The notes below the pieces were generated by a model that was not told where the DNA came from, made no database searches, and saw nothing but the letters and a program-made list of their open reading frames with translations. The translations under genes and the position numbers were made by a program. Below are positions 1 to 8,819 of a stretch of DNA of 28,162 bases, piece after piece; within the stretch, counting starts at the first letter, position 1; every line of letters starts with the position of its first letter. Source of the stretch: Fidelibacterota bacterium (GTDB lineage Bacteria > Fidelibacterota > Marinisomatia > Marinisomatales > JABMOV01); assembly GCA_046861395.1 (NCBI GenBank), contig JBHHUC010000025.1, positions 1 through 28,162 of the forward strand. The letters are read 5' to 3'.

Positions 1-1
1 G

Positions 2-61
2 GAGGTGGTGTTCCGGGATGATGTGATAGACATCCCGGTCATTGGTTTATTGTGGAAATGA
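2..61 (+). CDS. Possible 3' end of a gene truncated by the window edge (...EVVFRDDVIDIPVIGLLWK*)
   Basis: Frame 2 is open from the edge to TGA at 59-61 with protein-like composition; no family can be assigned from 19 aa. Confidence 0.3.
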   Translation, partial: EVVFRDDVIDIPVIGLLWK

Positions 62-179
62 ACTGCAATACTGCCGTATGGCATATCAATTTCCATGGTA
101 TGGACTTTTCGGACAAATCTGTTTTCAGAATTAGATGATTTGATGATGTTTATCATTTCATCCCATCGGCAAAACGCAG

Positions 180-187
180 TAATTTTG
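180..187 (+). promoter_or_regulatory. Putative -10/-7 promoter element TAATTTTG upstream of the ferredoxin gene
   Basis: Matches the Bacteroidetes-type TAnnTTTG element, 62 nt upstream of ATG 250; SD AGGAG at 239-243. No good -35 hexamer. Confidence 0.4.
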
Positions 188-249
188 CCGTGCTTTTTGT
201 CTCCGAGTGAGACGTAAAAAATTTTATCAACGGAATTCAGGAGCAAATT

Positions 250-543
250 ATGGCTTACATTATTGCGGAACCTTGTGTCGGTACCTGTGACACGGCCTGT
301 GTGGAAGTGTGTCCGGTCGATTGTATTCATCCTACCAAAGACGAATGGGATGAGGCCGGATTTGACGAAAATAATCTGGATGGAAAAATGCTGTATATCG
401 ATCCGGAAGAATGCATCGATTGCGGTGCCTGCGAACCGGAATGTCCCGTGGAAGCGATCTTTGAAGAAAGTGAAGTCCCGGAAGAATGGCATAAATATAT
501 CAAGATTAATTACGATTACTACGATCGCGAATACGACGGTTAA
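250..543 (+). CDS. fdxA: Dicluster ferredoxin (7Fe/8Fe FdxA type)
   Basis: [20 protein letters not shown] and [22 protein letters not shown] motifs, acidic composition, C-terminal W..YI..N helix, SD AGGAG. Confidence 0.92.
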   Translation: MAYIIAEPCVGTCDTACVEVCPVDCIHPTKDEWDEAGFDENNLDGKMLYIDPEECIDCGACEPECPVEAIFEESEVPEEWHKYIKINYDYYDREYDG

Positions 544-569
544 ACCGTTCCTTTCCAATTTGTTTCCAT

Positions 570-597
570 AAAACGGCTGCTGCGGCAGCCGTTTTTA
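570..597 (+). terminator. Rho-independent terminator after the ferredoxin gene, probably bidirectional
   Basis: AAAACGGCTGC-tgcg-GCAGCCGTTTTT: perfect stem, 4-nt loop, T-tract downstream and A-tract upstream. Confidence 0.85.
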
Positions 598-636
598 TAT
601 CCCTAACCCATACAAAAAACGAAATAAATTCGACCC

Positions 637-1749
637 ATGGATAAACAGACAGTTCTCGATCTATTAAAAACAGTAAAATACCCTGGGTTTACCCGCGACA
701 TCGTTTCCTTCGGCATGGTGGACGATATGGAAATCCAGGGCGATGCCATCACCGTTACCCTGAAAATTTCCACCCAGCAGGAAGAAAAGAAAGCCGTCAT
801 CCTGGCGGCCGTGGAAGAGGTGTTGAAAACCCGGGGCGGTTTTACCTCTGTCACCCTCACATTGCAGGATGCACCGACAGCCACCACGCAGCCCGACCCT
901 GTGGCCGCTACCGGCATATTACCTGATTCCATCAGACACGTGATCGCCGTGGCATCGGGGAAAGGCGGAGTGGGAAAATCCACCGTAGCCGCCAATCTGG
1001 CCCTGGCCCTAAAAAATAAAGGGAAGGCTGTGGGGCTTTTGGACCTGGATATCTACGGCCCGTCATTGCCATTGATTCTGGGTCTGAATCGTCCTCCGGA
1101 GATCACGCCCGAACGGAAACTGGTTCCCCTGGAAAAATTCGGCCTGAAGGCCATGAGTTTCGGCTTCATCAGCGGCAATAATACGCCGGCCATCTGGCGC
1201 GGTCCCATGGTAGCCCGGATGACGGAACAGTTTTTTTCCGATGTGCTCTGGGGTAACCTGGATATTCTCATCCTGGACCTGCCGCCGGGTACGGGAGACA
1301 TTCAACTGACCCTGACCCAGAAAGTCGCACTGACTGGTGCCGTCATTGTTACCACACCCCAGGATATTGCCCTGGCGGATGTGCAGAAAGGCGCCGATAT
1401 GTTTGAAAAAGTAAATACACCGGTTCTGGGGGTCGTGGAAAACATGTCCGGACTCTATCTGGAAGGTGAAGCGTCCGGCGCCACATCCCTGACCCTGAAT
1501 GGTACCACCGTCCCGCTGGACAGTGACGGCCGTTTTTCTCACCGACTGGATATTTTCAAACGTGGCGGTGGCAAAGCCGAAAGTACCCGCCTCGACGTCC
1601 CGCTTCTGGCGGAGATTCCCCTGGCCCTGGATTTGATGACGGCCACCGATGAAGGCCGGCCTCTTGTGGCGTCCGCCCCGGAATCAGCCGTGGCCGCCTG
1701 TTTCGTCGATCTGGCGGATAAACTGATACAACGGATTGCTGCTGAATAA
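637..1749 (+). CDS. mrp: Mrp/ApbC/NBP35 family P-loop ATPase with N-terminal DUF59-like domain; lacks the C-terminal CxxC
   Basis: VASGKGGVGKST, LDLDIYGPSLP, WRGPM, LDLPPGTGDIQL, VTTPQ, GVVENMS; N-terminal VKYPGFTRDIVSFG. Confidence 0.93.
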   Translation: MDKQTVLDLLKTVKYPGFTRDIVSFGMVDDMEIQGDAITVTLKISTQQEEKKAVILAAVEEVLKTRGGFTSVTLTLQDAPTATTQPDPVAATGILPDSIRHVIAVASGKGGVGKSTVAANLALALKNKGKAVGLLDLDIYGPSLPLILGLNRPPEITPERKLVPLEKFGLKAMSFGFISGNNTPAIWRGPMVARMTEQFFSDVLWGNLDILILDLPPGTGDIQLTLTQKVALTGAVIVTTPQDIALADVQKGADMFEKVNTPVLGVVENMSGLYLEGEASGATSLTLNGTTVPLDSDGRFSHRLDIFKRGGGKAESTRLDVPLLAEIPLALDLMTATDEGRPLVASAPESAVAACFVDLADKLIQRIAAE

Positions 1750-1752
1750 CCG

Positions 1753-2514
1753 GTGTTCTCCGCCACCCAGACTCTTTTCTGTCTCAGCGGTACGGCCCTG
1801 GGCGCGATTTTGCCCCTATATCTGATATTTCATCCTCACCTTTCCGACCCGGGACGGCAACGGCTGCTGAAAGCCATGCTGTATTCCGCGCTGCTGGGCA
1901 TTGTTTCCCTGTGGTGGATTGAGCCCAATTTTCAGTTGCAACTGGCCGGTGTGTTCTGGCTGGCTACCATCCTGGCCGTGGCCGCTTATTTCTATGCCCG
2001 ACCCCGGGTCCACCCCGTGCCGGGTGCCATTACCAGCGTCCTGGGTATGATCATGGTGTACCGCAGCGGCAATGTCATTTTACCAGTGGAATCCGATTTC
2101 CTGGTGCTGGTTATGAACCTACTGTCGGGACTGGTACTTACCGTATTCCTGGTAGCGGCCTTGTCTTCCGAGCAAGACGGTCATGCTCCCACCCGCGGAC
2201 TCTGGCTCCTGGCCGCTTTGTTCCTGTTTGGCCGCCTGATATGGGACGGTTACCAGTTATCCGGAGGCAAGACAGAATCTCGTTTCGGCCTGGCGGAAGA
2301 AATTCACACCTTTTTCAATACCAGCGACTGGTGGCTGATTGGGCTGGGGATGATTCTGGCTATCGGGTTTCCTCTGCTGGCGACGCTGGTCATTCCCTAT
2401 TCCCGCTGGGGACAAAACAAGTCCGGCTATCTGTCCCGCACGGGATTTTTCACCCTTCTGGCCGGACACGGCGCATTGGTGTATTTCTGTTTTCAGTATG
2501 GGATCGTCTTTTGA
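1753..2514 (+). CDS. Hypothetical polytopic membrane protein (about 7-8 TM)
   Basis: 253-aa ORF with a GTG start 3 nt after the mrp stop and multiple hydrophobic stretches; no recognised motif. Confidence 0.7.
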   Translation: MFSATQTLFCLSGTALGAILPLYLIFHPHLSDPGRQRLLKAMLYSALLGIVSLWWIEPNFQLQLAGVFWLATILAVAAYFYARPRVHPVPGAITSVLGMIMVYRSGNVILPVESDFLVLVMNLLSGLVLTVFLVAALSSEQDGHAPTRGLWLLAALFLFGRLIWDGYQLSGGKTESRFGLAEEIHTFFNTSDWWLIGLGMILAIGFPLLATLVIPYSRWGQNKSGYLSRTGFFTLLAGHGALVYFCFQYGIVF

Positions 2515-2593
2515 GGCCGGGAACATTGAATGTTATATCACGTAAGACGTCGGAAACCGAAACCCGCAGGACGAAGCGGCAGCGGACAATTGG

Positions 2594-2624
2594 TTGACAG
2601 CTCATGAGCAAACGAGTAACTTCG
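2594..2624 (+). promoter_or_regulatory. Sigma70-type promoter for the uppS-bamA-lpx operon
   Basis: Perfect TTGACA (2594-2599), 17-nt spacer, TAACTT (2617-2622), about 37 nt upstream of the uppS ATG. Confidence 0.7.
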
Positions 2625-2659
2625 CCCCGCATTTTCTCTTCGGTATATAACCGCTAGAC

Positions 2660-3421
2660 ATGTCTAATTCTGACCTGAGAAATATTATCCTTTCGCATGG
2701 CGTCCTGCCGGTTCACATCGCAATCATCATGGATGGAAACGGCCGCTGGGCGAAGCAGCGCAATCAATCCCGGATTGCCGGACACCGGGAAGGGATAAAC
2801 TCCGTCCGGGAAGTGACTAGGGTGTGCGGTGAAATGGGTATCAGACATTTGACCCTGTACACATTTTCCACCGAAAACTGGCTCCGGCCGCGCATGGAAG
2901 TATCAGCCCTGATGAAATTGTTACTCAAGACGATCCGGGGAGAAATAAAAAGTCTGGATAAAAATAATGTACGGCTTACCACCATCGGCAATCTGAATGA
3001 TTTACCCAATGATGCCCGCCGCGGGATAGAAGAGGGAATTGAAGCATTGAAGGATAATACCGGATTGAATCTGAACCTGGCCCTGAGCTATGGTAGCCGA
3101 CAGGAAATTGTGGCGGCTGTCCGAACCATTGCCGATCGGGTCGCCCGGCACGAGATCAAATCCGACGATATTGACGAAGCACTGTTTGCCGCCCATCTCT
3201 ACACGGCCGGCCTTCCGGACCCGGACCTCCTGATCCGTACCGGCGGTGAATTCAGGATCAGCAATTTCCTGCTCTGGCAATCAGCCTATACCGAACTGGT
3301 GATTACACCGGAATACTGGCCCGATTTTCGCGAAACATCCATTTTGAAAGCCATCCGTGAATTTCAATTGCGGGAACGACGGTTTGGTAAAACGAGTGAA
3401 CAGGTGATGGAGACACCGTAA
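2660..3421 (+). CDS. uppS: Isoprenyl transferase / undecaprenyl diphosphate synthase
   Basis: HIAIIMDGNGRWA, GHREG, TFSTENWLRP, DLLIRTGGEFRISNFLLWQ, RERRFG motifs. Confidence 0.97.
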   Translation: MSNSDLRNIILSHGVLPVHIAIIMDGNGRWAKQRNQSRIAGHREGINSVREVTRVCGEMGIRHLTLYTFSTENWLRPRMEVSALMKLLLKTIRGEIKSLDKNNVRLTTIGNLNDLPNDARRGIEEGIEALKDNTGLNLNLALSYGSRQEIVAAVRTIADRVARHEIKSDDIDEALFAAHLYTAGLPDPDLLIRTGGEFRISNFLLWQSAYTELVITPEYWPDFRETSILKAIREFQLRERRFGKTSEQVMETP

Positions 3422-3423
3422 GT

Positions 3424-5841
3424 ATGAAACAAATGATTGTATGGCTGCTGGTTCTGACCGCACTGGCGGCAGCTCAGCCGCAGGAAGTGACGCTGGCCCG
3501 TGTAAATGTGGAAGGTCTGGCGTTAACCCCCGAAAGTATGGTGCGATACACCGCCGGCCTGACGGCGGGACAGACCATAACCCCCGGTGACGTATCTTTT
3601 TCCCGCGCCGTGAAACGTCTTTGGGACCTGGGCCTGTTTGAAGATATTCAGATCCGTCTGGACGAGGAAACGCCGGATGGTATTGCAATTACCATCGTCG
3701 TAAAAGAAAATCCTGTCCTGTCACAGGTCCGGTTTAAAGGCAATAAAAAATTAAAGGATGATAAGCTGAAAGAGGAAATCGATCTGAATTCCGGTCAGCG
3801 CATCAAACCCAATACCCTTAAGGAAGCCACAGAAAAAATCAAGGATGTCTATGCTGAAGACGGCTATCTCCTGGCAGAAGTGACGGCCGAACTGATGGAG
3901 CCGGAAGAAGGATCGGTGGTTTCGGAAAAGGTACGAGCGATTGCCAAGGATATCCTGTTTACCATCAAGGAAAATAAGAAAGTCAAAATCCGCAATATCA
4001 TTTTTGAAGGGAACGAAGCCTTTTCAGATTTTCGTCTGCGCCGGGTATTGAAGGAAACCAAGCAACAGCGCTGGTATCTGTTCTGGCGTTCCTATTTTGA
4101 CGAAAAGAAATTTGAAGAGGACAAGGCCAGCCTCCTGAGTTTCTACCGCAATCGCGGCTACCGGGATGTGGCCGTTCTGCAGGACAGTCTTTACAATGAT
4201 GAGGACCGGCGGCATATGAATATCCGCTTCCGGATTTACGAAGGTTCCCAATATAAATTCCGATCCTTTACCTGGGAAGGGAATACCCTGTTTTCCGATG
4301 AGGAACTGGCCACCCGACTACACATCAAACCGGGCGATATATATGATGAGGAAGATTTCAACCTGGCAGTATTCGATCGGGTACAGGGCCTGTATATGGA
4401 TCGCGGCTATATTTACAGTCAGATCGATCCCCAGATCATGCCGGTGGGCGATGATTCACTGGATGTGCATTTTGCCATTACGGAAAATCATAAAGTGTAT
4501 GTTCGAAATATTTATATCAGCGGCAATACCAAGACACGGGAAAATGTCATTCGTCGCGAAATGAAACTTTATCCCGGTGACGTATTCAACCGTGAAAAAC
4601 TCATTCGTTCTCAGCGGGAAATCTGGATACTCAATTATTTCAGCAATGTGGTGCCGGACGTCCTCCCGGTGGATGAAGATGAAGTGGACCTGGAAGTTTC
4701 GGTCGAAGAAAAATCGTCTGATAAGGCCAATGCCAATATCGGTTTCACCGGTGAGTATGGCATGATGGGCGGTGGTGGACTGGAATTCACCAATTTCCGA
4801 GGTCTGGGCCAGCGCCTGATGTTGAGTTTCAACGTGGGTACCCAGTACAATTTTTACAGTTCTGCCAAGCCGTCCAAATATCATTCCTTCAGTCTCAGTT
4901 TTACCGATCCCATGGTGTACGACACCCCCAATCTGATCGGGGCATCCCTGTTCTATACCTTCCGTGGAGCATCCACCCAATATTATTATCCTTTGGACTT
5001 TACCGTACTGGGTGGATCTTTGACCTGGGGCCGCCGGTTCCGTTGGCCGGATGATTTCTTCCGTGGGAACTGGGCGTTCCAGATTGCCGAAAAGAATTAT
5101 AATGGCACGGCCCGGGATATCGATTTTTATCTGGGCTATGCCGAAACGGATGATTCCACCACAGCCAAGTCAATGGGAGTCAGTTTACGTCAGATTATCA
5201 GTCGGGACAGTCGGGACCGGCCGGAATTCACTACCCGTGGTTCGCGCATGGTCTGGGAAACCACCCTGTCCGGCGGTATTCTGGGTGGGAATGAGGATTT
5301 CCACAAACATGTCCTGAGCATGGAATGGTTTACTCCAGCCGTTTCGAAATTCGTCCTCATGAGTTCAGTCAAATTCGGAACCATACAGCTGCTGGGGAAT
5401 CAGAATGATTCCCGCTCCATCATTCCCTTTGACGAACGGTTTGTCATGGGGGGGAACGGCATTCCTTATGGGAATATGCTACGTGGATATCCCGATAATT
5501 CCATCGGGCCGCAGACCGTCAGTGGCGGACCGCTGGGGGGTAACAACATGTTGAAAATCACCACTGAAATCCGGTTCCCTTTCTCGGAAAACCCGGTGGT
5601 ATACGGCCTGGCATTCGCAGACTTGGGCAATGTCTGGTCCAACAATGACTTGACGGAACCCTTTGCCCTGAACCGGTACGATTCCTTTTCCCTGAAGCGG
5701 GCAGCCGGCGTGGGTGTCCGCTTTTTCATGCCCATGATTGGCATGCTGGGGTTTGACATGGGCTATGGCTTTGATGATATTTCCGGAAATAATAAGCCGG
5801 AAGGATGGACATATACAATTACATTTGGACAACAGTTTTAA
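3424..5841 (+). CDS. bamA: Outer membrane protein assembly factor BamA
   Basis: Signal peptide, POTRA repeats (FKGNKK, FEGNEAF, WEGNTLF, ISGNTKTRENVIRRE), barrel loop LRGY motif, C-terminal TITFGQQF; located between uppS and skp. Confidence 0.96.
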   Translation: MKQMIVWLLVLTALAAAQPQEVTLARVNVEGLALTPESMVRYTAGLTAGQTITPGDVSFSRAVKRLWDLGLFEDIQIRLDEETPDGIAITIVVKENPVLSQVRFKGNKKLKDDKLKEEIDLNSGQRIKPNTLKEATEKIKDVYAEDGYLLAEVTAELMEPEEGSVVSEKVRAIAKDILFTIKENKKVKIRNIIFEGNEAFSDFRLRRVLKETKQQRWYLFWRSYFDEKKFEEDKASLLSFYRNRGYRDVAVLQDSLYNDEDRRHMNIRFRIYEGSQYKFRSFTWEGNTLFSDEELATRLHIKPGDIYDEEDFNLAVFDRVQGLYMDRGYIYSQIDPQIMPVGDDSLDVHFAITENHKVYVRNIYISGNTKTRENVIRREMKLYPGDVFNREKLIRSQREIWILNYFSNVVPDVLPVDEDEVDLEVSVEEKSSDKANANIGFTGEYGMMGGGGLEFTNFRGLGQRLMLSFNVGTQYNFYSSAKPSKYHSFSLSFTDPMVYDTPNLIGASLFYTFRGASTQYYYPLDFTVLGGSLTWGRRFRWPDDFFRGNWAFQIAEKNYNGTARDIDFYLGYAETDDSTTAKSMGVSLRQIISRDSRDRPEFTTRGSRMVWETTLSGGILGGNEDFHKHVLSMEWFTPAVSKFVLMSSVKFGTIQLLGNQNDSRSIIPFDERFVMGGNGIPYGNMLRGYPDNSIGPQTVSGGPLGGNNMLKITTEIRFPFSENPVVYGLAFADLGNVWSNNDLTEPFALNRYDSFSLKRAAGVGVRFFMPMIGMLGFDMGYGFDDISGNNKPEGWTYTITFGQQF

Positions 5842-5859
5842 CCGTTAAAGGAGGGTATT

Positions 5860-6390
5860 GTGAACCGTAAGCGCACCTTTATACTACTCTTGCTGGTGAC
5901 GTTATTCCTGCCGGCAGGGATGATGGCACAAGTAAAAATCGGCTATATTTCTTCAGAGCGTATTCGCAATGAGTTTGAAGATTTCAAGGAAGCCGAAGCA
6001 CAACTGCAAATGGAATTTCAGAAAGTGCAGTTTGAATATCAGACCAAACTACAGGCCCTGGACAGCCTGAAACAGGCCTATGAATCTCAGCGTCTGATGA
6101 GTTCACCGGATTGGCGCCGGGAAAAAGAACAGGAAATCGCCAACAGTGAAAAGGCGATTCAGAATTTCCAGGCCGAAAAAGTCGGTCCCGAAGGTGAATT
6201 ATATCGTCGCCAGGCCCAGATGGAATATGAATTACTGGCCAAGGTAAAAGCGGCGGTGGACAATGTGGCCATTTCCAAAGGATATGATTTTATTTTTGAC
6301 GGCTCGGTGGCCTTGCTGTACGGCAAACCAACCTTTGATTTAACGGATGACGTTCTCTACGAACTGAGAAAAACCGATTCCGGCCAATAA
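5860..6390 (+). CDS. skp: OmpH/Skp periplasmic chaperone
   Basis: Signal peptide, KIGYI, helical Q/E/K-rich middle, GYDFIFD...DLTDDVL; SD AAGGAGG before the GTG start. Confidence 0.92.
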   Translation: MNRKRTFILLLLVTLFLPAGMMAQVKIGYISSERIRNEFEDFKEAEAQLQMEFQKVQFEYQTKLQALDSLKQAYESQRLMSSPDWRREKEQEIANSEKAIQNFQAEKVGPEGELYRRQAQMEYELLAKVKAAVDNVAISKGYDFIFDGSVALLYGKPTFDLTDDVLYELRKTDSGQ

Positions 6391-6395
6391 CCCGT

Positions 6396-7409
6396 TTGTT
6401 TACCCTTCGGGAACTTGCTGACCTGGTGGGAGGGTCTGTTGTGGGAGATCCGCAGACACCTATCGGGGGGGTGTCTGAAATTCAACGCGGCCAACCGGGA
6501 ACCATTACCTTCCTGGCGAATCCCCGGTATAAACAATATCTGTCGGAAACCCGCGCTGCTGCCGTAGTAATTTCTTCCGATCATCCCGAACCGGCCATTC
6601 CGGCCATCCGGGTGAAAAATCCTCAGGCCGCCTTTGCTCGTATTCTGCAAGAATTTGCGCCGAACCGTCCCCGCCCTGCCGGGATCCATCCCACCGCCCT
6701 CATCCATGATACAGCCAAGCTGGGGAAAAATGTTGCCGTGGGTCCCTATGCCGTAATCGAAGCGAATGTATCTTTGGGCGATAACTGTACGGTTGGCACA
6801 CATAGTTTTCTCGGCGAATCCGTCATTATCGGAACGGGCACTGAACTCTATCCCCATGTCACGATTCATACCCGTTGCCGGTTGGGATCGGATTGTATCA
6901 TTCACAGCGGTACTGTGATCGGAACGGACGGGTACGGCTTTGTGGAAGAAGACGGTCAACATTTGAAAATTCCTCAGAACGGCGGAGTCCACATCGGTAA
7001 TCAAGTCGAGATGGGGGGCAACTGTACCATTGACCGTGGTACCATCGGCGATACGGTAATCGGAGACGGAACCAAGTTTGATAACCAGGTTCATGTGGCC
7101 CACAACGTAACCCTGGGCAGGGGTTGTCTGGTGACGGGACAGGTGGGTATCGCCGGAAGTGCGACCATAGGGGATTTCTGTATTTTTGCCGGTCAGGTAG
7201 GAGTTGCGCCGCACGTGACCATTGGCGACCGGGCCGTATTTGCGGCCAAGTCCGGCGTAACCAAATCTTTATCCGGAGGAAAAATATATGCTGGCATGCC
7301 GGCCCGGGAGATCCATGAGCAAAACCGGCGTGATGCTGTTTTTAGTCAGGTTAAACGCCTGAAAAAGCGTCTGGAAAAAATCGAAGCCAACCTTAACTTA
7401 GCTGTCTGA
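6396..7409 (+). CDS. lpxD: UDP-3-O-(3-hydroxyacyl)glucosamine N-acyltransferase
   Basis: TLRELA N-terminus, ITFLANPRY, hexapeptide repeats, IGTDGYGF, KIPQNG, TIDRG, KFDNQVHVAHNV; TTG start. Confidence 0.96.
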   Translation: MFTLRELADLVGGSVVGDPQTPIGGVSEIQRGQPGTITFLANPRYKQYLSETRAAAVVISSDHPEPAIPAIRVKNPQAAFARILQEFAPNRPRPAGIHPTALIHDTAKLGKNVAVGPYAVIEANVSLGDNCTVGTHSFLGESVIIGTGTELYPHVTIHTRCRLGSDCIIHSGTVIGTDGYGFVEEDGQHLKIPQNGGVHIGNQVEMGGNCTIDRGTIGDTVIGDGTKFDNQVHVAHNVTLGRGCLVTGQVGIAGSATIGDFCIFAGQVGVAPHVTIGDRAVFAAKSGVTKSLSGGKIYAGMPAREIHEQNRRDAVFSQVKRLKKRLEKIEANLNLAV

Positions 7410-7410
7410 A

Positions 7411-8817
7411 ATGAATCGCAATCAACGTACCATATCCTCTTCCGTGTCCTGCACCGGTGTGGGACTGCACACCGGAGTAGAATCGACCGTCACCTTTAAA
7501 CCGGCTGGTGAGAACTACGGCATCCGCTTTGTCCGCACCGATGTGGACGGCTGTCCCGAAATCAAGGCAGATATTCAGCATGTCGTGGATATTTCCCGCG
7601 GCACGACCATCGAAGAGCATGGTATTCGTGTGCATACGGTGGAACATGTTCTGGCTGCCATCTCCGGCTTGCGGCTGGATAATGTCCGGGTGGAGCTCAC
7701 AGGCAAGGAACCACCGGTCATGGACGGCAGCGCATTGGATTTCGTTACGGCCCTCCAGTCCGCCGAGATTCAGGAACAGGAAAAGGAACGGATCGTCCTG
7801 GAGATTGACGAAGCCATCACCTACACCGATCCTGAGCGCGGCGTGGATATTCATGTCCTGCCCTCCGACCAGTTCCGGGTTACCTTTATGGTGGATTATA
7901 AATTTCCTTCCCTGGGGACCCAATATACTGCCGTGTATAACATGGAAGAAAATTTCGCCCGGGAAATTGCTCCGGCCCGCACCTTTTGTTTTTTGAGTGA
8001 AATTGAGCATTTGAAAAAATCCGGTCTGATCAAAGGCGGTAATTTGGACAATGCGGTAGTCATCATGGATCGCAAGATTAATGATGAAGAAATTGAAAAA
8101 CTGAAATCTCTATTCGGAATTCGCCGTAAAATCATCCAGGGAGCCAATGGTATCCTGAACGGTAAGGAATTGCGGTTTCACAACGAACCGGTCCGGCATA
8201 AAGCATTGGATCTGATCGGTGACCTTGCCCTTTTGGGTTTGCCCATAAAAGGTCACGTCATTGCCGCCCGGAGCGGACATGCCGCCAACGTGGAACTGGT
8301 GAAACGTATCCGCAAAACCTATGAGAAAAAACTGATTAAACAGAAATATCAGAAATCTCCGACCGACGATTATATATTGGACATCAATGCCATCATGGCC
8401 CTAATGCCGCACCGCTATCCCTTTGTTCTGATTGACCGGATTATCGATATGGTTCCGGGTGAAAGCCTGACAGCCATCAAGAATGTTACCATCAACGAGC
8501 CGTTTTTTATGGGACACTTTCCCAATCAACCCGTAATGCCCGGGGTGTTGATTCTGGAAGCCATGGCCCAGGCCGGAGCCTTTCTGGTCCTAAACACCGT
8601 GGAAAATCCCATGACGAAAAATATGTTTTTCTCGGCTGTGGAAAAAGCCCGCTTCCGGGTTCCCGTGATCCCCGGCGATCAGATCCGGCTGGACATGAAA
8701 CTGGTGAAAATGCGTTTGGGAGCCGTCCGGCTAGCCGGGAAAGCTTATGTGGGAAACAGGATTGTGGCCGAAGCTCTCCTCATGGCCAATATTGTAGACC
8801 GGCCTGCCGGAGGCTGA
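7411..8817 (+). CDS. lpxC: Bifunctional LpxC (UDP-3-O-acyl-GlcNAc deacetylase) / FabZ (3-hydroxyacyl-ACP dehydratase) fusion
   Basis: LpxC part: QRTI, GVGLHTG, TVEHVLAA, ARTF, RHKALDLIGDL, GHAAN. FabZ part: MPHRYPFVLIDRI, GHFPNQPVMPGVLILEAMAQ. Confidence 0.97.
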   Translation: MNRNQRTISSSVSCTGVGLHTGVESTVTFKPAGENYGIRFVRTDVDGCPEIKADIQHVVDISRGTTIEEHGIRVHTVEHVLAAISGLRLDNVRVELTGKEPPVMDGSALDFVTALQSAEIQEQEKERIVLEIDEAITYTDPERGVDIHVLPSDQFRVTFMVDYKFPSLGTQYTAVYNMEENFAREIAPARTFCFLSEIEHLKKSGLIKGGNLDNAVVIMDRKINDEEIEKLKSLFGIRRKIIQGANGILNGKELRFHNEPVRHKALDLIGDLALLGLPIKGHVIAARSGHAANVELVKRIRKTYEKKLIKQKYQKSPTDDYILDINAIMALMPHRYPFVLIDRIIDMVPGESLTAIKNVTINEPFFMGHFPNQPVMPGVLILEAMAQAGAFLVLNTVENPMTKNMFFSAVEKARFRVPVIPGDQIRLDMKLVKMRLGAVRLAGKAYVGNRIVAEALLMANIVDRPAGG

Positions 8818-8819
8818 TT

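Noticed and set aside
1..156. Minus-strand open frame running to the window edge, and inverted repeats at 13-38 and 54-94
   Set aside because: Translation has no recognisable features, hairpins lack a U-tract, and context is truncated.
2540..2590. Small hairpins (TCGGAAACCGA, CCGC..GCGG) suggesting a ribozyme or SRP-like RNA
   Set aside because: No hammerhead CUGAnGA core and no SRP domain IV motif; stems are only 4 bp.
6357..7214. 285-aa antisense ORF opposite lpxD
   Set aside because: Shadow frame of a well-supported gene; no recognisable motifs.
7411..8817. lpxC-fabZ fusion as a novelty
   Set aside because: Well known in Bacteroidetes/Chlorobi and relatives; useful only as a taxonomic clue.
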